A DNA stretch of 43,168 nt, the filler included, from Chthonomonadaceae bacterium (GTDB taxonomy: Bacteria > Armatimonadota > Chthonomonadetes > Chthonomonadales > Chthonomonadaceae): assembly GCA_035650735.1 (NCBI GenBank). It is 2 parts of 2 records of this genome, joined end to end, with 100 filler letters (N's around TTAATTAATTAA, not from the genome) between each part and the next. Parts side by side here need not be neighbours in the genome. Positions count along the whole stretch, not along the records: positions 16,207 to 43,168 come from DASRGZ010000222.1; 1 more part is not named here. One strand, given 5' to 3'. Both the position numbers and the translations under genes were made by a program. Shown in pieces: positions 28,639 through 37,719 of this stretch. How positions within the stretch are numbered: position 1 is the stretch's first letter; each line of letters starts with the position of its first letter. The notes beneath the pieces are model-generated. The model ran no database searches and was not told the DNA's origin. It was given only the letters and a program-made list of their open reading frames with translations.

Positions 28639-29873
28639 ATGATCACTGCCGTTCTGACCGGTGACAACCATCTGGGCGCCAACTACGCCCGATTCCGACC
28701 GGAGCGATTGGAACAGCGCCGTAAACGCTTGCAGCAGGCCTTTGAGCAGGTCGTGGAGGCAGCCATCGAACGTAAGGTAGACCTCTCTTCCTGCACGCGG
28801 GCGACCTGTTCGACCGTCCCGACCCGCGCAACGACGAGCGCCGTTTCGTTGCGCGCCAGTTGCGCCGTCTGCGCGAGGCCGGGATTGCTGTCTTCGCCAT
28901 CGCGGGCAACCACGACAGCCCGCGCAGCTACAGCTATGGCGGCGGGGCCGTACCGCAGGAGGAGGCCGACGCGCTGGGGGCGATCTGCCTCTTCCGCAAC
29001 ACCGAGGAACTCCGATCGCAGGAAGTGACGATTCGCGGGCAGCATGTCCGCATCTGGGGCATGAGCGCCGACTTCAACCGCCCGGACGATGTCTGCCCGC
29101 TGGAGAGCCTGACGCTCGAGCGCGCCGCGCCCGACACGATCCAGATCGTCCTGCTGCACTACAACGTTGAGGGGTTGGGCACCCCGTTTGCTGAAGAGCC
29201 AACCCTCTCGCGCTGCAACCTGGAGCGCCTGCAGGCCGACGCGATCTGCGTGGGGCACCTGCATAGGCGGATGCAGACCTATCTGGACGGCGGCGCGCTG
29301 CTGGTCAACCCCGGCGCCACGGAGCATATAGATTTCGGCGAGGAGGGCCTGGAGTGCGGCTTTACCCTGCTCCAACTCGCGCCGGGCCGCGCGGAGGCCG
29401 AGCACATCGGCATTCCAACCCAGCCCATGCGGACACTGGAGATCGAGCTGACGCCCGAATTCGCGCAGTCGCGCACGGTCGAGCAGGAGGCGGAAGCGGC
29501 AACGCAGTGGATGGAGGCCGTTCGCGCCCGGATAACCGCGGTTTCGCACCAGGATCAGTTGCTCCGCGTGCGGTTTGTGGGACAGATTCCGCGCGGCCTG
29601 TTCCATGCTCTCGATCTAGAAGAGCTCCTGCGGCACGGCAATGCGGAGAACTTCCACTGCCAGTTCGATAGGGAACGAATGCTCGTGTACGACCCGGACA
29701 GCGACGTACCGTTGGGCTACGGCGTCAGCTTCGATGTTGCCGAGGAACTGCAAAACGTGGCGAACGGACTGCGTGGGCAGCATAACGACGACCCAGTTGA
29801 ACAGGAACTCTACGCCCTGGCTGCCGAGCAGGTCCGCCTCGCGTTCGGCCGCCTGACGAAAGGAGCGCGGTAA
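28639..29873 (+). pseudogene. Mre11/SbcD-family phosphoesterase nuclease with a +2 frameshift at about 28783-28788
   Basis: GDNHLG, (after correction) DLFLHAGDLFD, IAGNHD, LLHY, VGHLH, NPGA.E; an extra CT in CTCTCT splits the gene. Confidence 0.88.
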
Positions 29874-29875
29874 CG

Positions 29876-32800
29876 ATGATCCTGCTGCACCGCCTGACGG
29901 TCCAGAACTTCAAGCAACTGGCCGACGTCACGCTCCATTTTCCGGAAACCGGAACGATCCTGATCGAAGGGCACAACGAGGCCGGCAAGTCGTCGCTATT
30001 TGAGGCCGTCTATTTCGCCCTCTACGGCGATTCCCTGATCTCCGACCGCGACTATAAAATCAGCGACATGAAGCGCCACGGCGCCGAGTTGATGCACGTC
30101 GAGCTGGAGTTCTCCATCAACGCGCGCCGCTTTCGTGTCGAGCGGACGGTGCGCCAGAACCAGAAGGCCCATCTTACCTGCCCGCTGCCGGATGGCGGCG
30201 ACGAGACTATCACCGGGGCAGACATAGTGAACAGGCGCATCCAGGAAGAGATCGCCCTCAGCGCGAACGCCCTGTTGAATACCTGCTTTGTCGAGCAGAA
30301 GCGGCTGGATCAACTTGAAAGCCTCGATCCGCAGGTACGCCGGAAGACCATCAACGAGCTGCTCAATATCGAGGCGCTGAACGCCCTGGAGAGGGAATTC
30401 AAGCCGACGCAGGAAGACAGCGAGCGCATTCAGCAGGCATGGCGGCGTGTGGAGGTTGCCGAACTGGACGCAAAGCTCCCTGAATTAGAGCATGAGGAGC
30501 GGACGGCCTATCGCTGTATGCTGTATCGGCAGGCGCAGGTGTGCCAGGAGCAGAGCCGGGCCATTGCCGCCGAGATACGTGCCGCGCAGGAAGAACAGGG
30601 ACAGATTACGGCGCGATTGGCGCAAATTGAGGCGGATCTAAAGCGCGGCGCGCAGTATCAGGCGCAATTGAGCGCTTTGCAAAACGATCTGCCCCTGCGC
30701 GCAGAGGCATGGCAGCGCGCCCTCCGGGAACATGCAGACGCGGCGGAGGAGGAGCAGCGCCTGCGGGCACTGCAAGCCGGGCTGGCGGAACGCCGAGAGA
30801 CGCTGGAACAGTATCGGCAGTGGGAGTCCGACCTGCGGAAGCTGGAGGCGTTGGAAGCGGAGGCAAAGGAGCTTGCCGACGAACTCAAGGGCCGTCAGGA
30901 CGAGGTTGCAGCCTACGATGCCCTGTTCGCTGAGTGGCAGGCCGTCGCAGAAGAAGTGCGCCAACAGGAAGCGCAGCAGGCGCAGGAACAGCAGGCGCTG
31001 GAAGCGGCCCAGGCCGCATGGGAGGCACGCCAGCGGGCGATCCGGCGGGATACCCGCCTGGCCCTGCTGCTCCAGCAGGCCGACGCCCATGCGCACGCTC
31101 TGCGCGAGGCAGCGACGCTGGCGCAAGAACTCCGTACAGCTCAGGCGCACGCCGATGCGCTGCCGGCAGAGCAAGAGCGACTTACCGGGCTTGAGAACGC
31201 GGAACAGTGGCTAAACCGGCGAAAGAAAGAGGCGGATCGGCTGGTAGATGTCCGGGACAAGCTGCTAGCCGCCCGACGCCGCAAGGAAGAGCACGACACT
31301 ACTCAGGCGCAGGTCAGTGCGCAGGAACAGGCGCTGCGCCAACTCGAAGCGGAGATATCGCAGAGCCGGGCGCGCTGGCAGGAGGCGCGGATCACTCTCG
31401 AAAGCGTAGAGCAGCGCGCCGCGCTGCTGGAGTGGGTGGAGGCGGCGGAACGCTGTGCGGAAGCCGAACCGAACGCGGGCAAACTGGCCGATTTGACGGT
31501 CCGGCGCGCGCAGGCGGAGCAGCAGTGGAAGGCTGCCTCTGCGCAGGCCGCGGCGGCGGGGAAGCCGATGGTTGCCGGATTAGCGTCGGCAGGGGGCGGC
31601 CTGGCGCTGAGCGCGGCGGCGTTCGCAACGCCCTTCCTTGTGCCGCTGCTCCTTCTCGGCCTATTGTTGGCGGCAGCGGGAACGGGACTGGCGCTCCGGG
31701 CGAGGCGGGCCGTTGTTGCGGCACGCACCGCAGAAGAGGCCGCCCGCAGTGCGTGTCATGCGCTGGAGGGAGAGCGCAGCGCCCTGGAAGGGCTGGCGAA
31801 GGCGCATGCCGACCAATTAGAACGCCGCAAGGCCGAGGAGGAAGCGCGCCGCAGGGCACTTCTGGCGCTCAACCTGGCTATTCCTGAGTCGCCGGAGGCG
31901 GCGCGCAAGCAGGCTGCCGCGCTGCCCGCAACGGCGCTTGTCGAGGCGAAACAGGCCGAAGAGGCTGCGAAGTCGGCGCTGGATAGCTTGAATAACCAGC
32001 GCCAGATACTGGAAGGGCAAATCCAGGGCGAGAAGGAGCGGCTGGCAAAGCAGAATATCCAGCAGGTCGTCGCGGCCATTGGGACGTTGCAGGACCAAGA
32101 GGCGCAGACGCTCCAGGCGTTGGAGGAAGCGGATCGGACTCTGCCGCCCCTGCTGGAATCGCTTTCCATCGGCGAGGATCCGGAGGCGATACAGGAAGCG
32201 CTGCAGCAGGCCCGAAACGTAGTCGCCGCCTACGACGCCGATGCGGCACGCCTCCCCACGCTGCGCCGGCAGGAAGCAGAGAAACGCGCCCAGGCGCAAC
32301 GGGCGCAGGAGCAGACGCAGGCTATCGCAATCGAACTTGGCCTGCCGGAAACGACGATAACGGCCTGGCAATCTGCCGCCATCGAAGAGCAGCAGGCGCT
32401 GCAAGCCGCGCGCCGAGAGGCCGGGGATGAGGACTTGTATTCTCAATGGAAGGCAGCGGATCAGGCGCTGCAGGCGACGAGCAAGAGCCTGGCAATACTC
32501 CAGCATAAACAGGCGGAGCGCCGTAAGCAACTGGATGCCACCGACCGGACGCAGTTGCTTGCGCAGGTCGCGGAGACCGAACAGGCCCTGCACGCCAATG
32601 CTGAGGCGCAGCGGCCCCTACATTCCGTCCGCGCGGCCCTACGTGCCGCCGAATTGCCGGACATCTCCACGAACTTGCAAGTCCAGCTCTCTTTGCTCCA
32701 GAAAGAACTCTCGAATGACGAGGCGGAGGCCGCCAGACTGCCGCAGGCTCGGGAGCGCGTTCAACAGTGCGCCCGCATCATTACGCAGAAAGCCGAGGAG

Positions 32801-33775
32801 TTCAGCCAGGCATGGAACCAGCATCTCCGGGCGTATGCTCCTCCCGTCACTCCCGACACGGCTCAGGAGCGCCTGTCGGAAGTTTCTCGCGAGATTGACG
32901 GAAAGCTCCAGGCGCTAGACGTGCCGGGGCTGCGGCAGAAACAGCAAACCCTACAGGACCGGCACACGCAGATCGGGCAGGAGAATGCGGCGCGTGATCT
33001 GCGCCAGACGCAGCTTGCGGATCAGGCGCGGACGTGGCTGCAAGAGCTTGGAATAGACGCGGAGGAGGAGCGCTCTCCACTGGAGCGTTTCCCGGAACTT
33101 CAGCAGGCACCACAGCGCTCGGCGGAGGCGTGGGCAGAGGAGCATGAGCGGCGGAGCAGCGCGGTGCATGATACCCGCACCCGACGGCGCACCCTGGCCG
33201 AAACGTTGGGGCTGGACGATACTCCGCTCGACTTGCCGACGGAAAGACAAGCCTTGAGGGAGGCACAGAAAGCTCTGGACGTTAAGCGTCGCGCAGAGCG
33301 GATCGTCAAAACCACGCGCCAATCCATCGTGGATCGCGTTATGCCTATGACCCTGCACAACGTCCGCTACCTGCTTCCGGCGCTGACGATGGGACGCTAT
33401 CAGGATCTGGAATGGCAGGGTGAGGCCGATTCGCTGCTCATCTTCGACAGCCGCGCCGGAGCCTTCCAGAAGAAGCGGGTCTTCTCCGGTGGGGCCAAGG
33501 ACCAGATTTCGCTGGCGCTGCGGCTGGGTTTTGCGCTGGCGACGCTGCCGACCGGCAAGACGACGCGCCCTTACTGGCTATTCCTGGACGAGCCGCTGAG
33601 CAGCTTCGACCGGGAGCGGACGCGGGCGCTGGTGGATCTGCTGACCAGAGGGACGGTCCGCCAGCATTTCCATCAGGTCTTCCTGGTCTCCCACAGCGAG
33701 TCCTTCGATCCAAAGCTGTTCGACTACCGCATCCGCATGGCCAACGGCTCTGTCGTAGAAAGCACGCTCCCGTAA
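29876..33775 (+). CDS. Rad50/SbcC-like SMC ATPase with a central hydrophobic hairpin
   Basis: Walker A GHNEAGKSS, Q-loop FVEQ, long coiled coil, signature FSGG, Walker B FLDEP, H-loop VSH. Confidence 0.93.
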   Translation: MILLHRLTVQNFKQLADVTLHFPETGTILIEGHNEAGKSSLFEAVYFALYGDSLISDRDYKISDMKRHGAELMHVELEFSINARRFRVERTVRQNQKAHLTCPLPDGGDETITGADIVNRRIQEEIALSANALLNTCFVEQKRLDQLESLDPQVRRKTINELLNIEALNALEREFKPTQEDSERIQQAWRRVEVAELDAKLPELEHEERTAYRCMLYRQAQVCQEQSRAIAAEIRAAQEEQGQITARLAQIEADLKRGAQYQAQLSALQNDLPLRAEAWQRALREHADAAEEEQRLRALQAGLAERRETLEQYRQWESDLRKLEALEAEAKELADELKGRQDEVAAYDALFAEWQAVAEEVRQQEAQQAQEQQALEAAQAAWEARQRAIRRDTRLALLLQQADAHAHALREAATLAQELRTAQAHADALPAEQERLTGLENAEQWLNRRKKEADRLVDVRDKLLAARRRKEEHDTTQAQVSAQEQALRQLEAEISQSRARWQEARITLESVEQRAALLEWVEAAERCAEAEPNAGKLADLTVRRAQAEQQWKAASAQAAAAGKPMVAGLASAGGGLALSAAAFATPFLVPLLLLGLLLAAAGTGLALRARRAVVAARTAEEAARSACHALEGERSALEGLAKAHADQLERRKAEEEARRRALLALNLAIPESPEAARKQAAALPATALVEAKQAEEAAKSALDSLNNQRQILEGQIQGEKERLAKQNIQQVVAAIGTLQDQEAQTLQALEEADRTLPPLLESLSIGEDPEAIQEALQQARNVVAAYDADAARLPTLRRQEAEKRAQAQRAQEQTQAIAIELGLPETTITAWQSAAIEEQQALQAARREAGDEDLYSQWKAADQALQATSKSLAILQHKQAERRKQLDATDRTQLLAQVAETEQALHANAEAQRPLHSVRAALRAAELPDISTNLQVQLSLLQKELSNDEAEAARLPQARERVQQCARIITQKAEEFSQAWNQHLRAYAPPVTPDTAQERLSEVSREIDGKLQALDVPGLRQKQQTLQDRHTQIGQENAARDLRQTQLADQARTWLQELGIDAEEERSPLERFPELQQAPQRSAEAWAEEHERRSSAVHDTRTRRRTLAETLGLDDTPLDLPTERQALREAQKALDVKRRAERIVKTTRQSIVDRVMPMTLHNVRYLLPALTMGRYQDLEWQGEADSLLIFDSRAGAFQKKRVFSGGAKDQISLALRLGFALATLPTGKTTRPYWLFLDEPLSSFDRERTRALVDLLTRGTVRQHFHQVFLVSHSESFDPKLFDYRIRMANGSVVESTLP

Positions 33776-33934
33776 CTCGCCCTATTCCTATAGGCAGAGT
33801 AGAGGGGCGAACGGGGAACAACCTCTGCCCGGCAGTCGTCTCCCGTGAGGGCAAGTTGCCCAACACTTCCTTTGCTCAATGCTCTCTGAGACGCCCTGAG
33901 GGGCGTTCTTGTCCAAAGAAAATAGGAGATGACC

Positions 33935-34234
33935 ATGAAACTGACCGTCCTGCTGCTTGGCGCCGTGCTCGGATTGGCACAGATTGCTGTTCCGGTCAGC
34001 GCGCAGAAGCACCACCACGCGCACAAACGCCACCAAACTCATCCCAAGAACGAGATTAGCAAGCTCCGGAAAGCGCGCCAGACCAACCACACGGTCCGCC
34101 AGGTTACGGTTGATCCCAAGAAGAGCCCCGGCAAGCATCTCGACAACCTATCCAAGAACATCAATCACGAGATCAATCGGGAGTCCAAGGACGTCAATCA
34201 TTTCTTCCAGGGTAAGCACAAGCACAAGAAGTAG
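33935..34234 (+). CDS. Small secreted His/Lys-rich protein
   Basis: Signal peptide MKLTVLLLGAVLGLAQIAVPVSA, then KHHHAHKRHQ; AGGAG RBS (alternative start 33929). Confidence 0.75.
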   Translation: MKLTVLLLGAVLGLAQIAVPVSAQKHHHAHKRHQTHPKNEISKLRKARQTNHTVRQVTVDPKKSPGKHLDNLSKNINHEINRESKDVNHFFQGKHKHKK

Positions 34235-34475
34235 TAGTCTATTCAGCTCCCCTGCCCTCCGTGTGGACAGGAGGGAAACCGACCGGACCGCCTGGCCCCT
34301 GAGGTCTGGCTGTGGCCTGTAGGGAAAATACGGGCTCTTGCTTTACGCCCGCTTGACGTTGGCGGCTTACCCGCTCCCTACAGGCTCCTCTGCGTCCTGG
34401 CAGATAAACAGAGGCAGGAAGCAACGCGCCGGTGTCGAATACAAAGCGCATCCTGCCCAAAGGAAGCGAGCGCCT

Positions 34476-35921
34476 ATGGCTGACCCGAGCGAGCCCAAGC
34501 CTGACCAACCTTCAGAGACGCAGAGCCAGGATCCCTTCCAGACGACGTTCCATCAGGCGACCGTAGGCTTAGCGCACATGGCTCCGGATGGACGCTGGCT
34601 GCGGGTCAATGACACCCTGTGCCAACTCGTCGGCTACACCCGCGAGGAACTCCAGTCTCGCACCTTCCATGACATCACCCATCCCGACGACCTCGAAGCT
34701 ACCATCGAATATATGCGCCGTGCGCTCCTGGGTGAACTGCCCACCTTTTCTCTGGAGAAGCGCTATCTGCACAAACACGGAGCGCCCGTCTGGGTGCAGG
34801 TGAGCCTGTCGCTGGTTCGGGATGCGCTGGGCCACCCCAAGCATTTCAACGTTGTCGTTCAGGATATTTCCCAACGCAAGCGCGCCGAGGAGGCGCTGCG
34901 GGAGAGTGAAGAGCGCTACCGCCTGCTGGTCGAAGGGGTCGAGGACTATGCCATTGTCATGCTAGACCCGCAAGGGCGCGTGGTCAGTTGGAACCGGGGC
35001 GCGGAACGGATCACGGGCTACTCCCAAAACGAGATCCTGGGCCAGTCGGTGGCGGTCTTCTTCCCGCCCGAAGAGCGCTGGCGGGACGAGCCGGAACGGG
35101 AGCTCGACCAGGCGCGGGCTCAGGGCCGGGTGGAGGATGAGCGCTGGCATGTGCGCAAAGATGGCAGCCGCTTCTGGGCTTCCGGGGTGACCACCACGTT
35201 GCGGGACGCGTCTGGCGCTGTGCGCGGTTTCGCCAAGATCCTGCGCGATCTGACCCAACGTCGGCAAGCTCAGGAACAACAAGCCCGCACGCAAGAGCGG
35301 ATCGAGGCGCTCAATGCGCAGCTCCAACTGGCGATGACGGAGACCCACCATCGAGTCAAGAACAATCTCCAACTGATCGCTTCGCTGTTGGACATGCAGA
35401 CGATAGACGAGCCGTTGGCCGTTTCGGTCAAGGAGCTTAAGCGGCTCAGCCTGCATATTCGTACGCTGGCGGCCGTGCATGATCTGTTGACGGAGGCGGC
35501 TAGGGAAGGAGCCCAGAAGCAGACGGTTTCGGCCCAGGAAGTCTTAGATCGGCTGCTGCCCTTGCTCCGGCAGATGGCCGGCGCGCAGCGGCTCGAATTC
35601 GTGGTGGAGGATGCTCGGCTCTCGGTCAGGCAGGGCACGTCGCTGGCACTGGTGGTCAGCGAGTTGGTCAGCAACGCGCTCAAGCATGGTCACGGGGGCG
35701 TGGAGGTTACCTTTGCCGTGCAGGGGCAGGAGGCGGTTTTGGAGGTCTGCGATGATGGGCCGGGCTTTCCAGAAGGCTTCGATGCCCAGGCTGCTGCCCA
35801 CACGGGATTGGACCTGGTGGAGAACCTGACCCGGCTGGATCTGAAGGGGCAGGTGCGGTACGAAAACCGGGCTCAAGGGGGTGGACGGGTGGCGGTCACG
35901 ATGCGCCTGGTGGAGAGCTAG
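34476..35921 (+). CDS. PAS-PAS HisKA_2 sensor histidine kinase
   Basis: Two PAS/PAC domains (ITHPDD..EKRY; SWNRGAERITGY..RKDGSRFW), HHRVKNNL, SELVSNALKH, DDGPG. Confidence 0.92.
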   Translation: MADPSEPKPDQPSETQSQDPFQTTFHQATVGLAHMAPDGRWLRVNDTLCQLVGYTREELQSRTFHDITHPDDLEATIEYMRRALLGELPTFSLEKRYLHKHGAPVWVQVSLSLVRDALGHPKHFNVVVQDISQRKRAEEALRESEERYRLLVEGVEDYAIVMLDPQGRVVSWNRGAERITGYSQNEILGQSVAVFFPPEERWRDEPERELDQARAQGRVEDERWHVRKDGSRFWASGVTTTLRDASGAVRGFAKILRDLTQRRQAQEQQARTQERIEALNAQLQLAMTETHHRVKNNLQLIASLLDMQTIDEPLAVSVKELKRLSLHIRTLAAVHDLLTEAAREGAQKQTVSAQEVLDRLLPLLRQMAGAQRLEFVVEDARLSVRQGTSLALVVSELVSNALKHGHGGVEVTFAVQGQEAVLEVCDDGPGFPEGFDAQAAAHTGLDLVENLTRLDLKGQVRYENRAQGGGRVAVTMRLVES

Positions 35922-35963
35922 AACGAGTTTCCCTGCGTCATTAGCGTTGCAGGAGGGAAAGAG

Positions 35964-36674
35964 TTGCTGGAAGAGTGGATCAAAGCGGCCAAGAATCGCG
36001 CCTATGCGCTTCTGGAGCGGCTGGAGGCGGCCCTGGAGGCCGGCGAGATAGATGAGGAAAGCTGGTATCGGGAAGTGGCGGCGGTCATCACCCCGGCCTA
36101 TCTGGCTGGCGACAACCCGCGCGCACAGTCCGGCCACAGCGGCGACGACGCCCACTGGACGCAGGCGCGCAGCCTGATCGCCGAGGCCGTTGACCGCGAC
36201 GGCATGTTCCTGGATGTCGGCTGCGCCAGCGGCTATCTGATGGAATGCCTGGAGCGGTGGACGCGGGAAAGAGGGCTTGCCATTGCGCCCTACGGCCTGG
36301 ACATTGCCCCGGAACTGGCCGACCTGGCCCGCCGCCGTCTGCCGCACTGGGCGGATCGCATCTTTGTGGGCAATGCGATCTCCTAGGTTCCGCCGCAGCG
36401 CTTCGACTTCGTGCGCACGGGCCTGGAATATGTGCCCGCCCGGCGGCAGAAAGACCTCGTGGAGCGGCTCTTGCGGGAGGTCGCTGCGCCGGACGGCCGC
36501 CTGATTATCGGGGCGTTCAAAGAGGAAAAGGACGCGCTGCGAACGGAACCGACGCTGGAGGAAGCCGTCGCCGGCTGGGGCTTCCCCATCGCCGGCCGCT
36601 CGGAGCGCCCGCACGACCGGGACGACCGGTTCCTCTATCGCGTCTTCTGGATAGACGCCCCGGCTAGAAGTTGA
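35964..36674 (+). pseudogene. Class I SAM-dependent methyltransferase with an in-frame TAG at 36384-36386
   Basis: FLDVGCASG, YGLDIA motifs; the same frame continues after TAG as VPPQRFDFVRTGLEYVP. Confidence 0.82.
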
Positions 36675-37710
36675 GCTTCTCCACGTTCTCTTTGGTGATC
36701 TCCAGGCGCAGCGGCAACGTCACGACGCCATCCTTGACGCTCATCTTGCCGCCCTCAATCTCCTGTCCATCCTGGGGCATCTTGCCGTCCAGTGCGTCTT
36801 TGACTAACCTGGCGGTCAGGTACGTCAGCTTGGTCGGGTCCCACAGATAGAGTCCGGTCACCGAGCCATCCAGCAGATAGGGCTTGGTTTCGCTGGGCAG
36901 CGCCAGTCCCCACACTTTGACCTTGCCGATGAGATTGAGCTTGCGAATGGCCTCGCCTGCCGCCGGAGGACTGGGCGAGTTGGCGCAGGCGATGCCCGTG
37001 GCGTCAGGATGGGCCTGCAGCGCCTGCACCGCCATCGTCGTGGCTTTGTTCTTATCGTCGTCGTTATAGATGTAGGGTTGCAGGATCTGAATGCCGGGAT
37101 ACTTCTTAAACCCGATCTCCATGCCCTGGATGTGCTTGTTCAGGTTCTCCGCCGTGCGCCCGCCGCTGAAGATGAGCACTTTCCCGCTGCTGTTCATGCT
37201 TTTGGCGAGCGCGTCGGCGATGTCGGTCCCGATCTGCACATCATCTACCGCCGCCACGTAGAAGAGCCGCTTGCTGGTCGGAGCATCCGAGTCCCAGGTA
37301 AAGACCTTGATGCCCTGGCTTGCCGCCTTATCCAGCACCGGCACAATGGCCTTGGCGTCATTGGGAGAGACGACGATGGCGTCTGCCTTGCCGATGATTG
37401 CCTGCTCAATGATTTCGCTCTGTTTTTCGGAGGTGGCGACCGTGGGCGCCTGGTACTCTACCTGGACGTTGAGGTTGGGATCGTCGTTGGCCTGCTGGGC
37501 GCCGCGTTTGCACGCCTCGCTGTAGGAGATGCCGCCGACCTTAAAGACGAAGACGATCTTCTTTTTGCTGCCCGTGGCCTGCGGCGCTCCGGCGCGCACG
37601 CTGCCCGCTCCACCGCCTGTAGCGGACGGCTCTTCCTTGCTGCATCCGGCCAGCGCCGCCCCCACCAGACCCGCAGCCAGCCACATTATCAGCATATTTC
37701 GCAGACGCAT
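36664..37710 (-). CDS. Sugar ABC transporter substrate-binding lipoprotein (Peripla_BP_4, RhaS/LsrB-like)
   Basis: Lipobox LAGC; DAIVVSPND, GIKVFTWDSD, LWDP motifs. Confidence 0.88.
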   Translation of the reverse strand: MRLRNMLIMWLAAGLVGAALAGCSKEEPSATGGGAGSVRAGAPQATGSKKKIVFVFKVGGISYSEACKRGAQQANDDPNLNVQVEYQAPTVATSEKQSEIIEQAIIGKADAIVVSPNDAKAIVPVLDKAASQGIKVFTWDSDAPTSKRLFYVAAVDDVQIGTDIADALAKSMNSSGKVLIFSGGRTAENLNKHIQGMEIGFKKYPGIQILQPYIYNDDDKNKATTMAVQALQAHPDATGIACANSPSPPAAGEAIRKLNLIGKVKVWGLALPSETKPYLLDGSVTGLYLWDPTKLTYLTARLVKDALDGKMPQDGQEIEGGKMSVKDGVVTLPLRLEITKENVEKLNF

Positions 37711-37719
37711 GGTCACTCC

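Noticed and set aside
23415..33775. Assignment to Wadjet, Lamassu or Sir2-HerA/Nezha
   Set aside because: No JetA/B/D-like or Sir2 genes are recognisable; the Mre11 + NurA + HerA composition does not match these systems as I know them.
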